Origin: Candidatus Babeliales bacterium
GTDB taxonomy: Bacteria > Babelota > Babeliae > Babelales > JANWKD01
Direction of reading: 5' to 3'
Length of the DNA: 64,000 bases
NCBI GenBank assembly: GCA_963722075.1
Contig: CAVRJM010000001.1
Coordinates: 768,001 to 832,000, forward strand
Position numbers and translations under genes: made by a program. Positions 9,184-23,671 of this stretch are shown in pieces (within the stretch, counting starts at the first letter, position 1; every line of letters starts with the position of its first letter). Under the pieces are notes generated by a model that saw only the letters and a program-made list of their open reading frames with translations, did not search any database and had not been told where the DNA came from.

Positions 9184-10950
9184 TCATTCAATAGATTCTA
9201 TTTGTTTTTTTATTTCTTCTAATTCTGAAAAAAGTAACCTTCTATCAATAGAAATAGATTCACTGTTTATATCATCACTATAAACCTGAGGTTCTAATAG
9301 GGTACATAGTTCAATATTTTTGAGAGCATCCTTAATTAAGCCCCATGGCTTTTCTATGTAATTTGATCCACAATAAAACGATTCGTTATCTTTTACAACG
9401 GCAAGGAACTGCTGACAACTATATAGTATCCTTTGCAATAACTCATTAGGAAATACTCGTAATATTGGCATGCCATCATTTTGATTTCCTTCAAAAAATG
9501 CATATTTTTTACCAATAACAATTTGACTCCACTCCATAACCGTTTTTAAATCTGAGAATGACCCATTTTTATCTATAATGACCTTCTTTATTACATTCTG
9601 TGGCAGTTCAAGAAGGTCTTTAAGCTTGGCGGTTAATTGCCATGCGCACTTCCTAGAAAGAGAATCCATTATTATATATTTTATCTTATTATTTTTGTAC
9701 TTCTTTACTTCAACGGCAATCCAATGCCCACCTTCTTCTTGTTCCATTTCGTAATCCCTTCTGCCATCCATAGTCCCTAATATGAAAATATGGCTATAAG
9801 GCGCCGAACCGACAACATATTCTCTAATCTTTTCTTGAATCGTTGCTATTCTTTTAATAGTTTTTTGCAATTTACCAGTAGTAGTTTCTTTATTTAAGTA
9901 TAGATTAATATCGCCAATAATAGTTATGTGCTTTTTTAACTCTCTGCGCAGATTATTCTCAAATATGTCCTCGGAGAGTTTATTGGGTGCTGGTTTTTTT
10001 AATAAGACTTTCAACTCATCATTTTCAAGCCACTCGGCATCATTTTTTTCTTTGCGTACGCTTTTTAATACTTTGGCTCTTAACGTATTTAAAGTAATAG
10101 TATAGCCGGCACTTTGTAATGCGTTCCAAAAAGCATGAAGACCACACTCTGCCCCATCTTGTTGCTGCACTTGCTTATGTTTAATGCAAGAATCAAAAGG
10201 AAGAGATTCTTTATGAATAACCATGGCATTATAATGCTTTATATGTGCATTGATATCTTTCTTTTTGGGTGGATCACACAATTCATGTATATGTTTTTCT
10301 ACTAATTTAAATTCCTTCAATGCTTTAATGCGGGCTTTTTCTAATGCGCAAGATCGTAACAAGAAAGGTAATTCTTTATATAATTGGTAAAATATATTGA
10401 TAACATTTGTTAATGGATTGGGTTTAAGCTGTATTAAGATTTTTTTCGCTTTTTGGTATCGCTCACGCATCTCTTTTTCTTGTTTTGATAATTGTACTAG
10501 GGAAATATAATTATCGGTTTTTAACTTAATAAGATAATGCATCATGGTATGAAATAATTGTCGGTCATCTGCACTTGCCAAAGATGCGATTTTTGCATTT
10601 AACATCCACGATCTTTTATTATCTAAAAAATGAAAAAATGGTAGCTGTTTTTCGTTGGGGTAATAATAATAAGCGAATGATAATTTTTGATTAGAGTGTG
10701 GATCAGGTAATTTTCTATTGACCGCAAGAGTACGGACTAATTTATTAAATTCTGTATTATTTTGCTTACCATAAGATAATTTTTCTTTACCACATAATTT
10801 TTCTGCGATTTTATTATATACCGTTGATAAATCATGATTCAGCAAACGATCTGATTGCCATGGAACCAGAGATTCTTTACGTGCTTGAATATAAGGGCAA
10901 ATGAAAAGCAAAAATAGATATAAATACAGAAATCGGTTTATAGTATACAC
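9184..10950 (-). CDS. Exported protein with a papain-fold, Josephin-like cysteine protease domain
   Basis: Signal peptide; QQQDGAECGLHAFWNALQ ... GHWIAV ... YIIMDS. Confidence 0.6.
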   Translation of the reverse strand: MYTINRFLYLYLFLLFICPYIQARKESLVPWQSDRLLNHDLSTVYNKIAEKLCGKEKLSYGKQNNTEFNKLVRTLAVNRKLPDPHSNQKLSFAYYYYPNEKQLPFFHFLDNKRSWMLNAKIASLASADDRQLFHTMMHYLIKLKTDNYISLVQLSKQEKEMRERYQKAKKILIQLKPNPLTNVINIFYQLYKELPFLLRSCALEKARIKALKEFKLVEKHIHELCDPPKKKDINAHIKHYNAMVIHKESLPFDSCIKHKQVQQQDGAECGLHAFWNALQSAGYTITLNTLRAKVLKSVRKEKNDAEWLENDELKVLLKKPAPNKLSEDIFENNLRRELKKHITIIGDINLYLNKETTTGKLQKTIKRIATIQEKIREYVVGSAPYSHIFILGTMDGRRDYEMEQEEGGHWIAVEVKKYKNNKIKYIIMDSLSRKCAWQLTAKLKDLLELPQNVIKKVIIDKNGSFSDLKTVMEWSQIVIGKKYAFFEGNQNDGMPILRVFPNELLQRILYSCQQFLAVVKDNESFYCGSNYIEKPWGLIKDALKNIELCTLLEPQVYSDDINSESISIDRRLLFSELEEIKKQIESIE

Positions 10951-11040
10951 TTTTTATAACCTCCTCCATTATTTATATACTTTAACCTATATGATACTAT
11001 TTGTCAATTTGCCATAAATACTAGTAGTAATTGAACAAAT

Positions 11041-13386
11041 TTATAAAAATGAAATACTGCTCTTCCATAATGGAGTGGATGCTGCTTGATTTGCCATTAA
11101 ATTATTTATTATATGTAATTGAAACCTATTCTCAGGTTTTACTTCAAAAGCAGCTATTTCTGGATGTCCACAAAGCTCTTTATACGTCATATATCCAATA
11201 TTTTCATTTAAAACATTATTATTATTTTCAATAGTTGTTATTTGCTGTAATAATTGTTGCCCTTGTTTATTAAAAGAATAGTTAATATATTTCCGCTTAA
11301 AGAATGTATATATAGAATTTGAAAGATAATACAAAGGACTAATTGCTACCAACAGATACCATGGTTTTTGTTTGAGTAAACCCAATTTATTATTTCTTTG
11401 TTCAGCAAGATTATGTAAGGCCTCATTCAGTCTTCTATGCTCTTTATTATTATTTTCTTCTTTTTGAATATAAGAACCATTTTGTTCTCTCATTTTATAA
11501 TATACCCATCCGTAAAATAGCTGCGGCGTTGTTTTATGGTAGGTGCTTTGGTAATCATGCAAAAGCTGTGATAATGAAGCAGGTGCTATAAATTCATCAT
11601 TATTTTTTTTAACTGGATACGGATCTTTGCTGCTTGAAGCTTCATCATTATTGAGCCGTCTCCCCTTAGAGGATAATCTTTTAGGTGAAGTTTCCGAAAA
11701 TAATATTTCATATTGCTTAATCATCTCAGATGACTCTAAATAAGCTTTCAAATCATTATCACCATCTTCAAGTTCTTTTTTTCCTTCTAATAACTTTAGT
11801 TCAATTATTTTCAGTTTTCGCTTTACTACTTCGAGCTCTTCCTTTATCTCCAGGCGCCTGTTAAAAAGCTTACAATGTTCTCTAAATGGCATTATCGCTC
11901 GTTTTTTTTCTTTTAATTCAATATTATAACCGCGCCCTTCTAATATTCGATCGTCAAACCCAATACAACTTTTTAATTTCTGCTTCAAATCTTTTATTTC
12001 TAGCTTAATAGCACCATAGTTGGCAATTGCTTCGTAATCTATTTTGCTATCTATATTTGTATCTTCTAATAAAAGATTTTTCTGTAAACGCGTATATTCA
12101 TCTTTCAACTTACTTAAACTCATTATTGAATGTTGATCAAACTCCGATTCCTGTTTTTTATTCGGGGTATCTGATAATTTAAATAATCCACTATATATAC
12201 AGTAATAAGGAATATTCCTTTTATATCTTTGGGCTAATTGAGTGAAGAAGGTTTTAAAACTTTCTTCAACTGTACGTTCGGTAGTATTTTGCTTGGCGGC
12301 CGAAAGCTTAAGATTAGTAACCGTTCTTTTTGCCGGCTCTAAACATTTATTTATAAGCCAAATAGTTGGATTAAATATGACAGCTCCGTAATTACTTAAA
12401 AAACCCAGTAACATCGGCTTAGTTTGGGGAGATACTGTTCTTTTTAAATCACCCATGATGCTGGTTAAAGGCTTACCATTTTTTTGGGCTTTTTCGATCT
12501 GACCAATTTTAGCCGGCATAAATTTTCTCGCCACCCATCTCACCCAGGCGTGATCTTCTATAAATTTCAATATGGGTTTTTTAATACCAGGATTTAAAAA
12601 TAAACTGAGAACCCCAGCTAAATCACTTTGATTTGCTGCCTCATCAATACCCTCTGATACCACATTTGCTTTTTCAATCCATGGACTTATTGCTTTCAAT
12701 ATCTGTTTTTCCCCCCTCGAATTCTTTATAGAATTTTCATGACGATAGTATAAAACATTCCAAAGGGTTGCTAAATGCTCGATATAAGGATCATCTTGTG
12801 AGGTCTCAAATTCATAACGTATATCATCCCAATGGCGCGTAGGGTTTGATAATATTACAAAAAAGAAGTCTAATTTTTTTAATAGCTGTAAAACCTCTCT
12901 CGTGTATTTTTTTATAGTATGATTAGCAATTTGATTCACGGTGTATGTTGTATGTAACCTAATCAAATCAAGGGACCCGATCGTATTTAATTGTATAATA
13001 CAATGATCAATCAGCTGTACCATTTTTTCAGCAACTTCACAGTATCCAAATTGATTTAACCATTGATTTGAAAAGAATATCCCCTCCTGTAATGGTTTTT
13101 CTGAATTCTCAATTATTTCTGGATTAAAACCGTGCGATACCACAGCCTTCTTTAAATTTAATAACGCATTTTGTAAAGTGAAACAGTCCTTTTCAACTTG
13201 CACTAAATTATCTTTTTTAACCTGATTATCATGAGTTAAAGAAATAGTAGTTACTCGTTGAAAAATTGCCTCCATGGATTTTACCAAAGGATAAATCAAT
13301 TTATAGCTATCATCAGTATTTTCCATACATACAACAGAGAAAATATGAGCAACTATTACTACCAAATAAAATTTGCGTATATTCAT
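11041..13386 (-). CDS. Large exported coiled-coil hypothetical protein (signal + CME)
   Basis: 781-aa ORF; signal peptide; E/K heptad regions; late hydrophobic segment. Confidence 0.7.
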   Translation of the reverse strand: MNIRKFYLVVIVAHIFSVVCMENTDDSYKLIYPLVKSMEAIFQRVTTISLTHDNQVKKDNLVQVEKDCFTLQNALLNLKKAVVSHGFNPEIIENSEKPLQEGIFFSNQWLNQFGYCEVAEKMVQLIDHCIIQLNTIGSLDLIRLHTTYTVNQIANHTIKKYTREVLQLLKKLDFFFVILSNPTRHWDDIRYEFETSQDDPYIEHLATLWNVLYYRHENSIKNSRGEKQILKAISPWIEKANVVSEGIDEAANQSDLAGVLSLFLNPGIKKPILKFIEDHAWVRWVARKFMPAKIGQIEKAQKNGKPLTSIMGDLKRTVSPQTKPMLLGFLSNYGAVIFNPTIWLINKCLEPAKRTVTNLKLSAAKQNTTERTVEESFKTFFTQLAQRYKRNIPYYCIYSGLFKLSDTPNKKQESEFDQHSIMSLSKLKDEYTRLQKNLLLEDTNIDSKIDYEAIANYGAIKLEIKDLKQKLKSCIGFDDRILEGRGYNIELKEKKRAIMPFREHCKLFNRRLEIKEELEVVKRKLKIIELKLLEGKKELEDGDNDLKAYLESSEMIKQYEILFSETSPKRLSSKGRRLNNDEASSSKDPYPVKKNNDEFIAPASLSQLLHDYQSTYHKTTPQLFYGWVYYKMREQNGSYIQKEENNNKEHRRLNEALHNLAEQRNNKLGLLKQKPWYLLVAISPLYYLSNSIYTFFKRKYINYSFNKQGQQLLQQITTIENNNNVLNENIGYMTYKELCGHPEIAAFEVKPENRFQLHIINNLMANQAASTPLWKSSISFL

Positions 13387-13455
13387 ATATTCAATTCACT
13401 AAAATAAGTTTTTTCATTATCGATTTTAATGTAACTGAATTCTAGCAAAAAGTAT

Positions 13456-15315
13456 TTATTCTATCGCATCTTTAACGGCATTAATGATTGCTCTTCCATT
13501 TATTTCTTCATAATTTAATAATTCTTCTGGAGATCCCGAACGGGGTAATTTCGTAACGGCTAAATTATATAAGGTAATACCGGTATTTTTAAGCGCATCA
13601 TCAACTGCTTCACCAATGCCCCCCGCTTTATAATGATCTTCTACCGTTATTATAATATTTCCCGCTGCACGTGCTGCTTTTAAAAGCGTAGCGGCATCAA
13701 GCGGTTTAATTGAATACAAATCAATAACCGTAACAAAAATATTTTCTTTTATTAATGCTTCATACGCTTTTAATGCTTCAAATAAGGTTATGCCAGCTGC
13801 AACAATACAAGCAACATCGCCTTCTTGTTGTTTTACAATTTTGCAGCCGCCAATAACAAATTCTTCTTTACTATCATAAAGAATTGGCGTTGCTGCGCGG
13901 GTGGTTCTTAAATAACTGATACTGGTGTCATGGTTCGCCATCATAGCTACTAATTTATAGGCGCTTACGGCATCACTGGGATATAAAATAACTGAATCAA
14001 CAAGCGTTCTCATCATGGCAATATCTTCAAGCCCCATTTGCGAAGGGCCGTCTTGCCCAATAGAAACTCCCGCATGAGACCCTACTAAACGTAGGGGTGC
14101 TTTACCAATAGCGGCCATACGAATCTGATCAAAGGCACGAGAAAAAAACACTGCAAACGTTGATACAAATGGAATCTTATGACGCGCCGCAAATCCAACT
14201 GCCATGCCAACCATGTTTTGCTCAGCAACAAAACATTGAACAAAACGACTAGGAAAACTTTTTTCAAAAATATCTGCGTAGGTTGAATTTTTCACTTCAG
14301 CGTCAAGCGCTATAACATCTTCTGACTGCTCACCAATTGCTTTCAATGCAATTCCATATGCTTGACGCGTTGCCATTTCTTTCGATTCAAAAACAGGATC
14401 CGCTATTTTTATAACATCAGGAGCTGTTTTCTTTTTTACCATCATTTCAGGAATGTGTGGTTGCCAATGATAATCAGGGGCTTTTACGTATTTATTAAAT
14501 CGATTTTTAAGCTCTTCTAAAATTTTAGGCAGTTCATCTGGCTTAAATACTTTCCCATGAAATCCATTTTTATTTTCGACGTCATGTACGCCGTATCCTT
14601 TTATTGTTTTGGCAATAATCATTACGGGACGATCGTTACTTTTTTGTGCTTGTTCAAAAACAGCAACAATTTCTTTCATATCATGACCGTTAATAATTAA
14701 CGGCTGCCACCCAAATGCACTAAAACGCTGCGCAAATTCATCAACATTATATCCTTCCATTGTTTGAGTACTTTGGCCTAACCGATTACAATCAAGAATA
14801 CCAATAAGGTTTCCTAATTTGTTAAACGATGCCAGTTCCGCTGCTTCCCAAACTGATCCTTCAGCACATTCGCTATCTCCTAATAATACATAGGTTCGGT
14901 AACTTAAACCGCTCATTTTGGCATTAAGCGCCATACCAACACCAATAGAGAGACCTTGTCCTAAAGAACCAGTAGCTGCTTCAAAACGAGAAAAACGCGA
15001 TGTAGGATGCCCTTCTAATACCGAAGTAAAATGACGGTAGGTCATTAACTCTTGTTCGGTAAGCACTCCCAATTCTTTCCAAATTGCATATAATACCGGC
15101 GAAGCATGTCCTTTTGATAAAATAAAGCGATCATTATTAGGATTATAAGGATCTTGCGGGTCAAAATGCATAGTATTGAAAAATAACCCAGCAACAATAT
15201 CTGCGGCTGATAATGCTGAGGTGGGATGCCCTGAACCTGCTTGCGTAGTCATTTTTAAAATTGATACACGCAGATTGTACGCGATATGATTAAGAAAGTT
15301 GTATGAATTATTCAT
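13456..15315 (-). CDS. tkt: Transketolase (short, about 620-aa type)
   Basis: SGHPTS, LSKGHA, LEGHP, GSLGQG, GDSE TPP motif, GQDGPSQ. Confidence 0.95.
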   Translation of the reverse strand: MNNSYNFLNHIAYNLRVSILKMTTQAGSGHPTSALSAADIVAGLFFNTMHFDPQDPYNPNNDRFILSKGHASPVLYAIWKELGVLTEQELMTYRHFTSVLEGHPTSRFSRFEAATGSLGQGLSIGVGMALNAKMSGLSYRTYVLLGDSECAEGSVWEAAELASFNKLGNLIGILDCNRLGQSTQTMEGYNVDEFAQRFSAFGWQPLIINGHDMKEIVAVFEQAQKSNDRPVMIIAKTIKGYGVHDVENKNGFHGKVFKPDELPKILEELKNRFNKYVKAPDYHWQPHIPEMMVKKKTAPDVIKIADPVFESKEMATRQAYGIALKAIGEQSEDVIALDAEVKNSTYADIFEKSFPSRFVQCFVAEQNMVGMAVGFAARHKIPFVSTFAVFFSRAFDQIRMAAIGKAPLRLVGSHAGVSIGQDGPSQMGLEDIAMMRTLVDSVILYPSDAVSAYKLVAMMANHDTSISYLRTTRAATPILYDSKEEFVIGGCKIVKQQEGDVACIVAAGITLFEALKAYEALIKENIFVTVIDLYSIKPLDAATLLKAARAAGNIIITVEDHYKAGGIGEAVDDALKNTGITLYNLAVTKLPRSGSPEELLNYEEINGRAIINAVKDAIE

Positions 15316-15325
15316 CTTTTTACTT

Positions 15326-15700
15326 TCAATCTTCTTTTTTTTGTTTATTATTTTTTGGCCAATTATTTAATTTAGCAGCTATAATTTTGGTGACATAAGG
15401 CGACCATTGTTTATTAAATTTCTCAGCATTAACCCTTTTTAGACTGTCACGTGATTTTGCCCATTCACAGAATTCTATTTTAACGGAATCATTAAACATA
15501 AACTTTTCATTATTATCAAGATAAAAGATTTTATTGCTATCACATGTTACTATTTTTAAAATCATCCTAAGATTTTCGTTAATTAACTCTAATGATGCAT
15601 ATTCTTCAGATTGAGTAGAATTTTGATTCTGGAGCTTCATAGGAGAAGAGTCTTGGATTATAAAAAAAATAAAAACGTAAATAATATTTTTCATCTTCAT
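15326..15700 (-). CDS. Hypothetical exported protein
   Basis: Signal peptide then PMK. Confidence 0.6.
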   Translation of the reverse strand: MKMKNIIYVFIFFIIQDSSPMKLQNQNSTQSEEYASLELINENLRMILKIVTCDSNKIFYLDNNEKFMFNDSVKIEFCEWAKSRDSLKRVNAEKFNKQWSPYVTKIIAAKLNNWPKNNKQKKED

Positions 15701-15764
15701 TAATTAAGTACTTTGTATTGTGCAATATTCTTAGGTAGTATACTCAATAATTCAGGCATAACCT

Positions 15765-15797
15765 AAAAAAAAGAGCCCTTGAAGATCAAGAGCTCTT
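15765..15797 (-). terminator. Intrinsic terminator
   Basis: Minus strand AAGAGCTCTTGA-TCT-TCAAGGGCTCTT followed by a T run. Confidence 0.65.
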
Positions 15798-15826
15798 ACA
15801 GTACTAATATTAATCATTAATAATTA

Positions 15827-16516
15827 TTAATGAGCAATAACTTCACTTAACTTATGAGATTTAAACACAATACAACGATGCATTGCTCTCAAAAATTCAT
15901 TTAATAATGTTCTTTGCAAAACAGGTCTCAACATATACGTTAACATCTCTGCATCTGCAATATTGCAGTTACGCAACACTGAGTACAGCAGTTCGTCACC
16001 ATGCTCAGTCATATATTGTTGAGCAACTCCTGTAAGCATTTTTTCTGCTTGTTCTGGATCATTTGCATATCGTATCAGTAATGAATCCATCTTTTGTGGA
16101 TCATCTCTGTAGACATCGACATCCAGTACGATCATTCTTCTTTTAAAATCAACATCAACCAATACTACCATCGAGCTGATTAAATCAGCTATATCTTCTG
16201 CAGCCATTTGATCAGGTTTTTGAAGCGCCGTAAATTCTTGATTATCAGTTTCAACTGGATAATCATTTAAGCTGGATTTGGTACACATTTTTTCTTGCAT
16301 CTGATTTTCAGTATATTCAGGTTGATCACACTCAACTGCTGATCTAACCAATTGCTCTGACGGTGTTGCATTTTCATGCGTATTATTACACTCTTGCGTA
16401 TCAGAATTACAGAGCTCATTTTTATTTTTGCGCTCTTTCAATGCCGTTCCCATCAATGTAGGAAAAGCCATCAAACTGACCACGCTTAAGGTAATTAAGC
16501 GTATATATTTTTGCAT
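15827..16516 (-). CDS. Hypothetical exported protein, probable paralog of 16680..17165
   Basis: Signal peptide; C-terminal helical region alignable by eye to the neighbour. Confidence 0.7.
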   Translation of the reverse strand: MQKYIRLITLSVVSLMAFPTLMGTALKERKNKNELCNSDTQECNNTHENATPSEQLVRSAVECDQPEYTENQMQEKMCTKSSLNDYPVETDNQEFTALQKPDQMAAEDIADLISSMVVLVDVDFKRRMIVLDVDVYRDDPQKMDSLLIRYANDPEQAEKMLTGVAQQYMTEHGDELLYSVLRNCNIADAEMLTYMLRPVLQRTLLNEFLRAMHRCIVFKSHKLSEVIAH

Positions 16517-16600
16517 TTTACTTCCTTATGAATTGGGTAAATTATAACAACTAAACTCTTCTTGCCGTATACTACATTCTCCTTTCTTATAAAAAAAAAC

Positions 16601-16640
16601 AAAAAAAATGGGGAACAAACCTTTCCCTGTTTGTTCCCCA
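16601..16640 (-). terminator. Intrinsic terminator
   Basis: TGGGGAACAAAC / GTTTGTTCCCCA 12-bp stem plus T8 on the minus strand. Confidence 0.75.
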
Positions 16641-16679
16641 CACATACTTGATTATAAATCTTTCAAAAATCTTGTATAG

Positions 16680-17165
16680 TTAAATTTTTATGCCACTCAT
16701 TGCAGCAATATGGATCCATGTAATAACTTCTTGAATAAGAATTTCTTCAAAGAGCGGTTTCAATTGACGAATCATTGCAACAGTTTCTTCATCAGCGCCC
16801 ATCTCAGCTAAAATTGAAGTGGTAACTTGATCATATTGTTCTGCGATATATTTTTGGACATTAGCAACTACTTTTTGTTCTACCAAAGAACCATTTTTAG
16901 TGTAGGCATTCACGCAAGAAGATACAAAGTTTTTGACTTTAGTAAATAAGTCAATTTGTAACATTACTCTAAAAGCGTTAATGAACTGTTGTGTTTCTTT
17001 CATTTGCTCCATTTGATCTGCCGACATTACATTTGCATCAGCAGCCAAACGTTGCTGCTTTTCTTTAGGAGATTCAGTGTACGCTTTTTTTACCGCAGAC
17101 GGCGCACCATGTACATATGAAGCACCATTCAACGCAGCAACTATTAATAATAACTTTTTGACCAT
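16680..17165 (-). CDS. Hypothetical exported protein
   Basis: MVKKLLLIVAAL signal peptide. Confidence 0.7.
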   Translation of the reverse strand: MVKKLLLIVAALNGASYVHGAPSAVKKAYTESPKEKQQRLAADANVMSADQMEQMKETQQFINAFRVMLQIDLFTKVKNFVSSCVNAYTKNGSLVEQKVVANVQKYIAEQYDQVTTSILAEMGADEETVAMIRQLKPLFEEILIQEVITWIHIAAMSGIKI

Positions 17166-17322
17166 ATCAAGGGTACCTTTCGCATAAAATAACTAGTAAT
17201 TTATGTTGTTAGTATACCATAATTAAAAATTTATGCATGAAAATTCGGGCAGGTAAAAAGAATTATATACGGGAACCATTGATAAAAAATAAAGATGAGA
17301 AAATAAAATTGGTTTAGAAAAT

Positions 17323-17355
17323 AAAAAAGCGACATTGATTAATCAATGTCGCTTT
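17323..17355 (-). terminator. rRNA operon terminator
   Basis: AAAGCGACATTGATT/AATCAATGTCGCTTT palindrome with T run, just 3' of 5S. Confidence 0.8.
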
Positions 17356-17361
17356 AATTTA

Positions 17362-17477
17362 ATCTGGCAGTACCTACTTTTCCAGTCCGTCTCCAGACAA
17401 GTATCATCGGCGTTGTAGACTTAACTTCCGTATTCGGGATGGGAACGGGTATTTCCCTACAACTATACCCACCAGAA
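17362..17477 (-). rRNA. rrf: 5S rRNA
   Basis: Reverse complement contains CCCGTTCCCATCCCGAATACGGAAGTTAAG and GCCGATGATACT; ends approximate. Confidence 0.93.
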
Positions 17478-17583
17478 ATTTTTTAGTTCTGATTTGAACA
17501 AACTTTTCAAATTTTTTCTTGTTTCTTGTGAGATATTTGTAACTTAAACTTACTTATGATTACATTACCATAGAAATTTGTAG

Positions 17584-20602
<3,019 letters not shown>

Positions 20603-20754
20603 AAATTTTTATGACTAATCTAATCAATAAGTAACTACAAAATAAATTTGTAGATAATTTAAGTTACAAATATTTCAAAGATCACAAGAAAATTTTTTAA
20701 CATCTTTTAATTTGAGAAAATTTAATTAAATATATTTGAGTTCGTTTTGCAATT

Positions 20755-20830
20755 TGGTGGAGATGAGCGGAATCGAACCGCTGACCTTCCGCGTGCAAAA
20801 CGGACGCTCTACCAGCTGAGCTACATCCCC
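20755..20830 (-). tRNA. tRNA-Ala(TGC)
   Basis: GGGGATGTAGCTCAGCTGGTAGAGCG..TTTGCAC..GGTTCGATTCC..CCACCA; in rRNA spacer. Confidence 0.96.
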
Positions 20831-20901
20831 AAGCATATTAAGCGATACAAGCACTCTTAAACCACTAAAAACAGTTCAATCATTTAAGTGCCCACAGTTT
20901 A

Positions 20902-20978
20902 TGGTGGGCCTAAGTCGACTTGAACGACTGACCTCCCCGTTATCAGCGGGGTGCTCTAACCACCTGAGCTATAGGCCC
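20902..20978 (-). tRNA. tRNA-Ile(GAT)
   Basis: GGGCCTATAGCTCAGGTGGTTAGAGC..CTGATAA..GTTCAAGTC..CCACCA; in rRNA spacer. Confidence 0.96.
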
Positions 20979-21108
20979 GCATTTCAAACTAAAGAGTAAA
21001 CTCATATTTAAATTAAAAATTATACGCTTATGAATCTTATAAAGGAATCTTTCTATCAATAACACCTTAAAACAAGAGCAAGAAACTCTTGCAGTATATT
21101 ACTCCCTC

Positions 21109-22652
<1,544 letters not shown>

Positions 22653-22812
22653 AAATTTATATGAAAGAGTTTATTATAAGACTCATAAGCGAATTTTAGG
22701 ATTTTCTCAAATATTTCAAAGAAAATAAATTTTTTATAAAAACTGAAAACTGTTTAGCTTTTCAGGACTTTTTCGTCGTTTGCTTTGTTTTCAATCGTTA
22801 AATACAAAATAA

Positions 22813-22840
22813 ATTATATAGGTATTATTGCCTAAGTCAA
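22813..22840 (-). promoter_or_regulatory. Sigma70-type rRNA promoter
   Basis: TTGACT-16 nt-TATAAT with upstream A-tracts (UP-element-like). Confidence 0.7.
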
Positions 22841-22920
22841 CACTTTTTTTAAATTTTTAAAAAATTTTTTTTAGATTATAAAAATTATCACTATTTCAGG
22901 AGTAAATACCCTTTTTTTAC

Positions 22921-23499
22921 CTATGCTGATTTTGCATATTTAATAACAATGGCTACAAGCTCAGAAAGCGCTTTTTGGGGATCGTCATTTAGAATCGAAT
23001 AGTTAAAAATTGAGAGCTTTTTTTGCTTTTTTAATTCTTGTTGAGCAAGTAATAATCTTTTTTTAATTTCTTTATTATTTTCAGTTTTTCGTTGCAATAA
23101 CCGCTTTTTTAGCTGTGCCAATGTATCAGTATATATCCATATTAATACTGCCTGTTCAACAAGCTGTTTTATTGCCTGCGCTCCTTCAAGATCAGTTATT
23201 ATTATTAATGATTTACCTAAGGCAATATCAGTAATAATAGAATGAGGAGATCCATAGTAATTGCCGTACTGGTTACTCCATTCTAAAAAAAAGCCGTTTT
23301 TAGCACGTATTTCAAACTCTTCAACTGATAAAAAATGATAATCTATACCATTTTGCTCGGTCATACGAGGTGCTTTAGTAGTATAAGTAATTACCCGACT
23401 AATCGGATAGCTTATGCTCAACTCCTTAATTGCACGGGTCACTAAGGTCGTTTTGCCTGCTCCTGAGCATGCTGATACCACAAATAATGTTCCTGCCAT
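22921..23499 (-). CDS. gmk: Guanylate kinase
   Basis: SACSGAGKTT P-loop; TTKAPR..EQNGIDYHF; FLEW..YGNYYG. Confidence 0.92.
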   Translation of the reverse strand: MAGTLFVVSACSGAGKTTLVTRAIKELSISYPISRVITYTTKAPRMTEQNGIDYHFLSVEEFEIRAKNGFFLEWSNQYGNYYGSPHSIITDIALGKSLIIITDLEGAQAIKQLVEQAVLIWIYTDTLAQLKKRLLQRKTENNKEIKKRLLLAQQELKKQKKLSIFNYSILNDDPQKALSELVAIVIKYAKSA

Positions 23500-23671
23500 A
23501 TACTAATGCCTATATCAAAATAAAGGGTAATAATTGTATAATACCCCCAATCTTTCTATTTGTCAATTAAATAATTATATATTTTTTCAATAAATCCATT
23601 TTCTATATATACATTATATAATAGTATACTCAATTTTCCAGCATTAATTATTATGCAGCCTATTATGGCTT

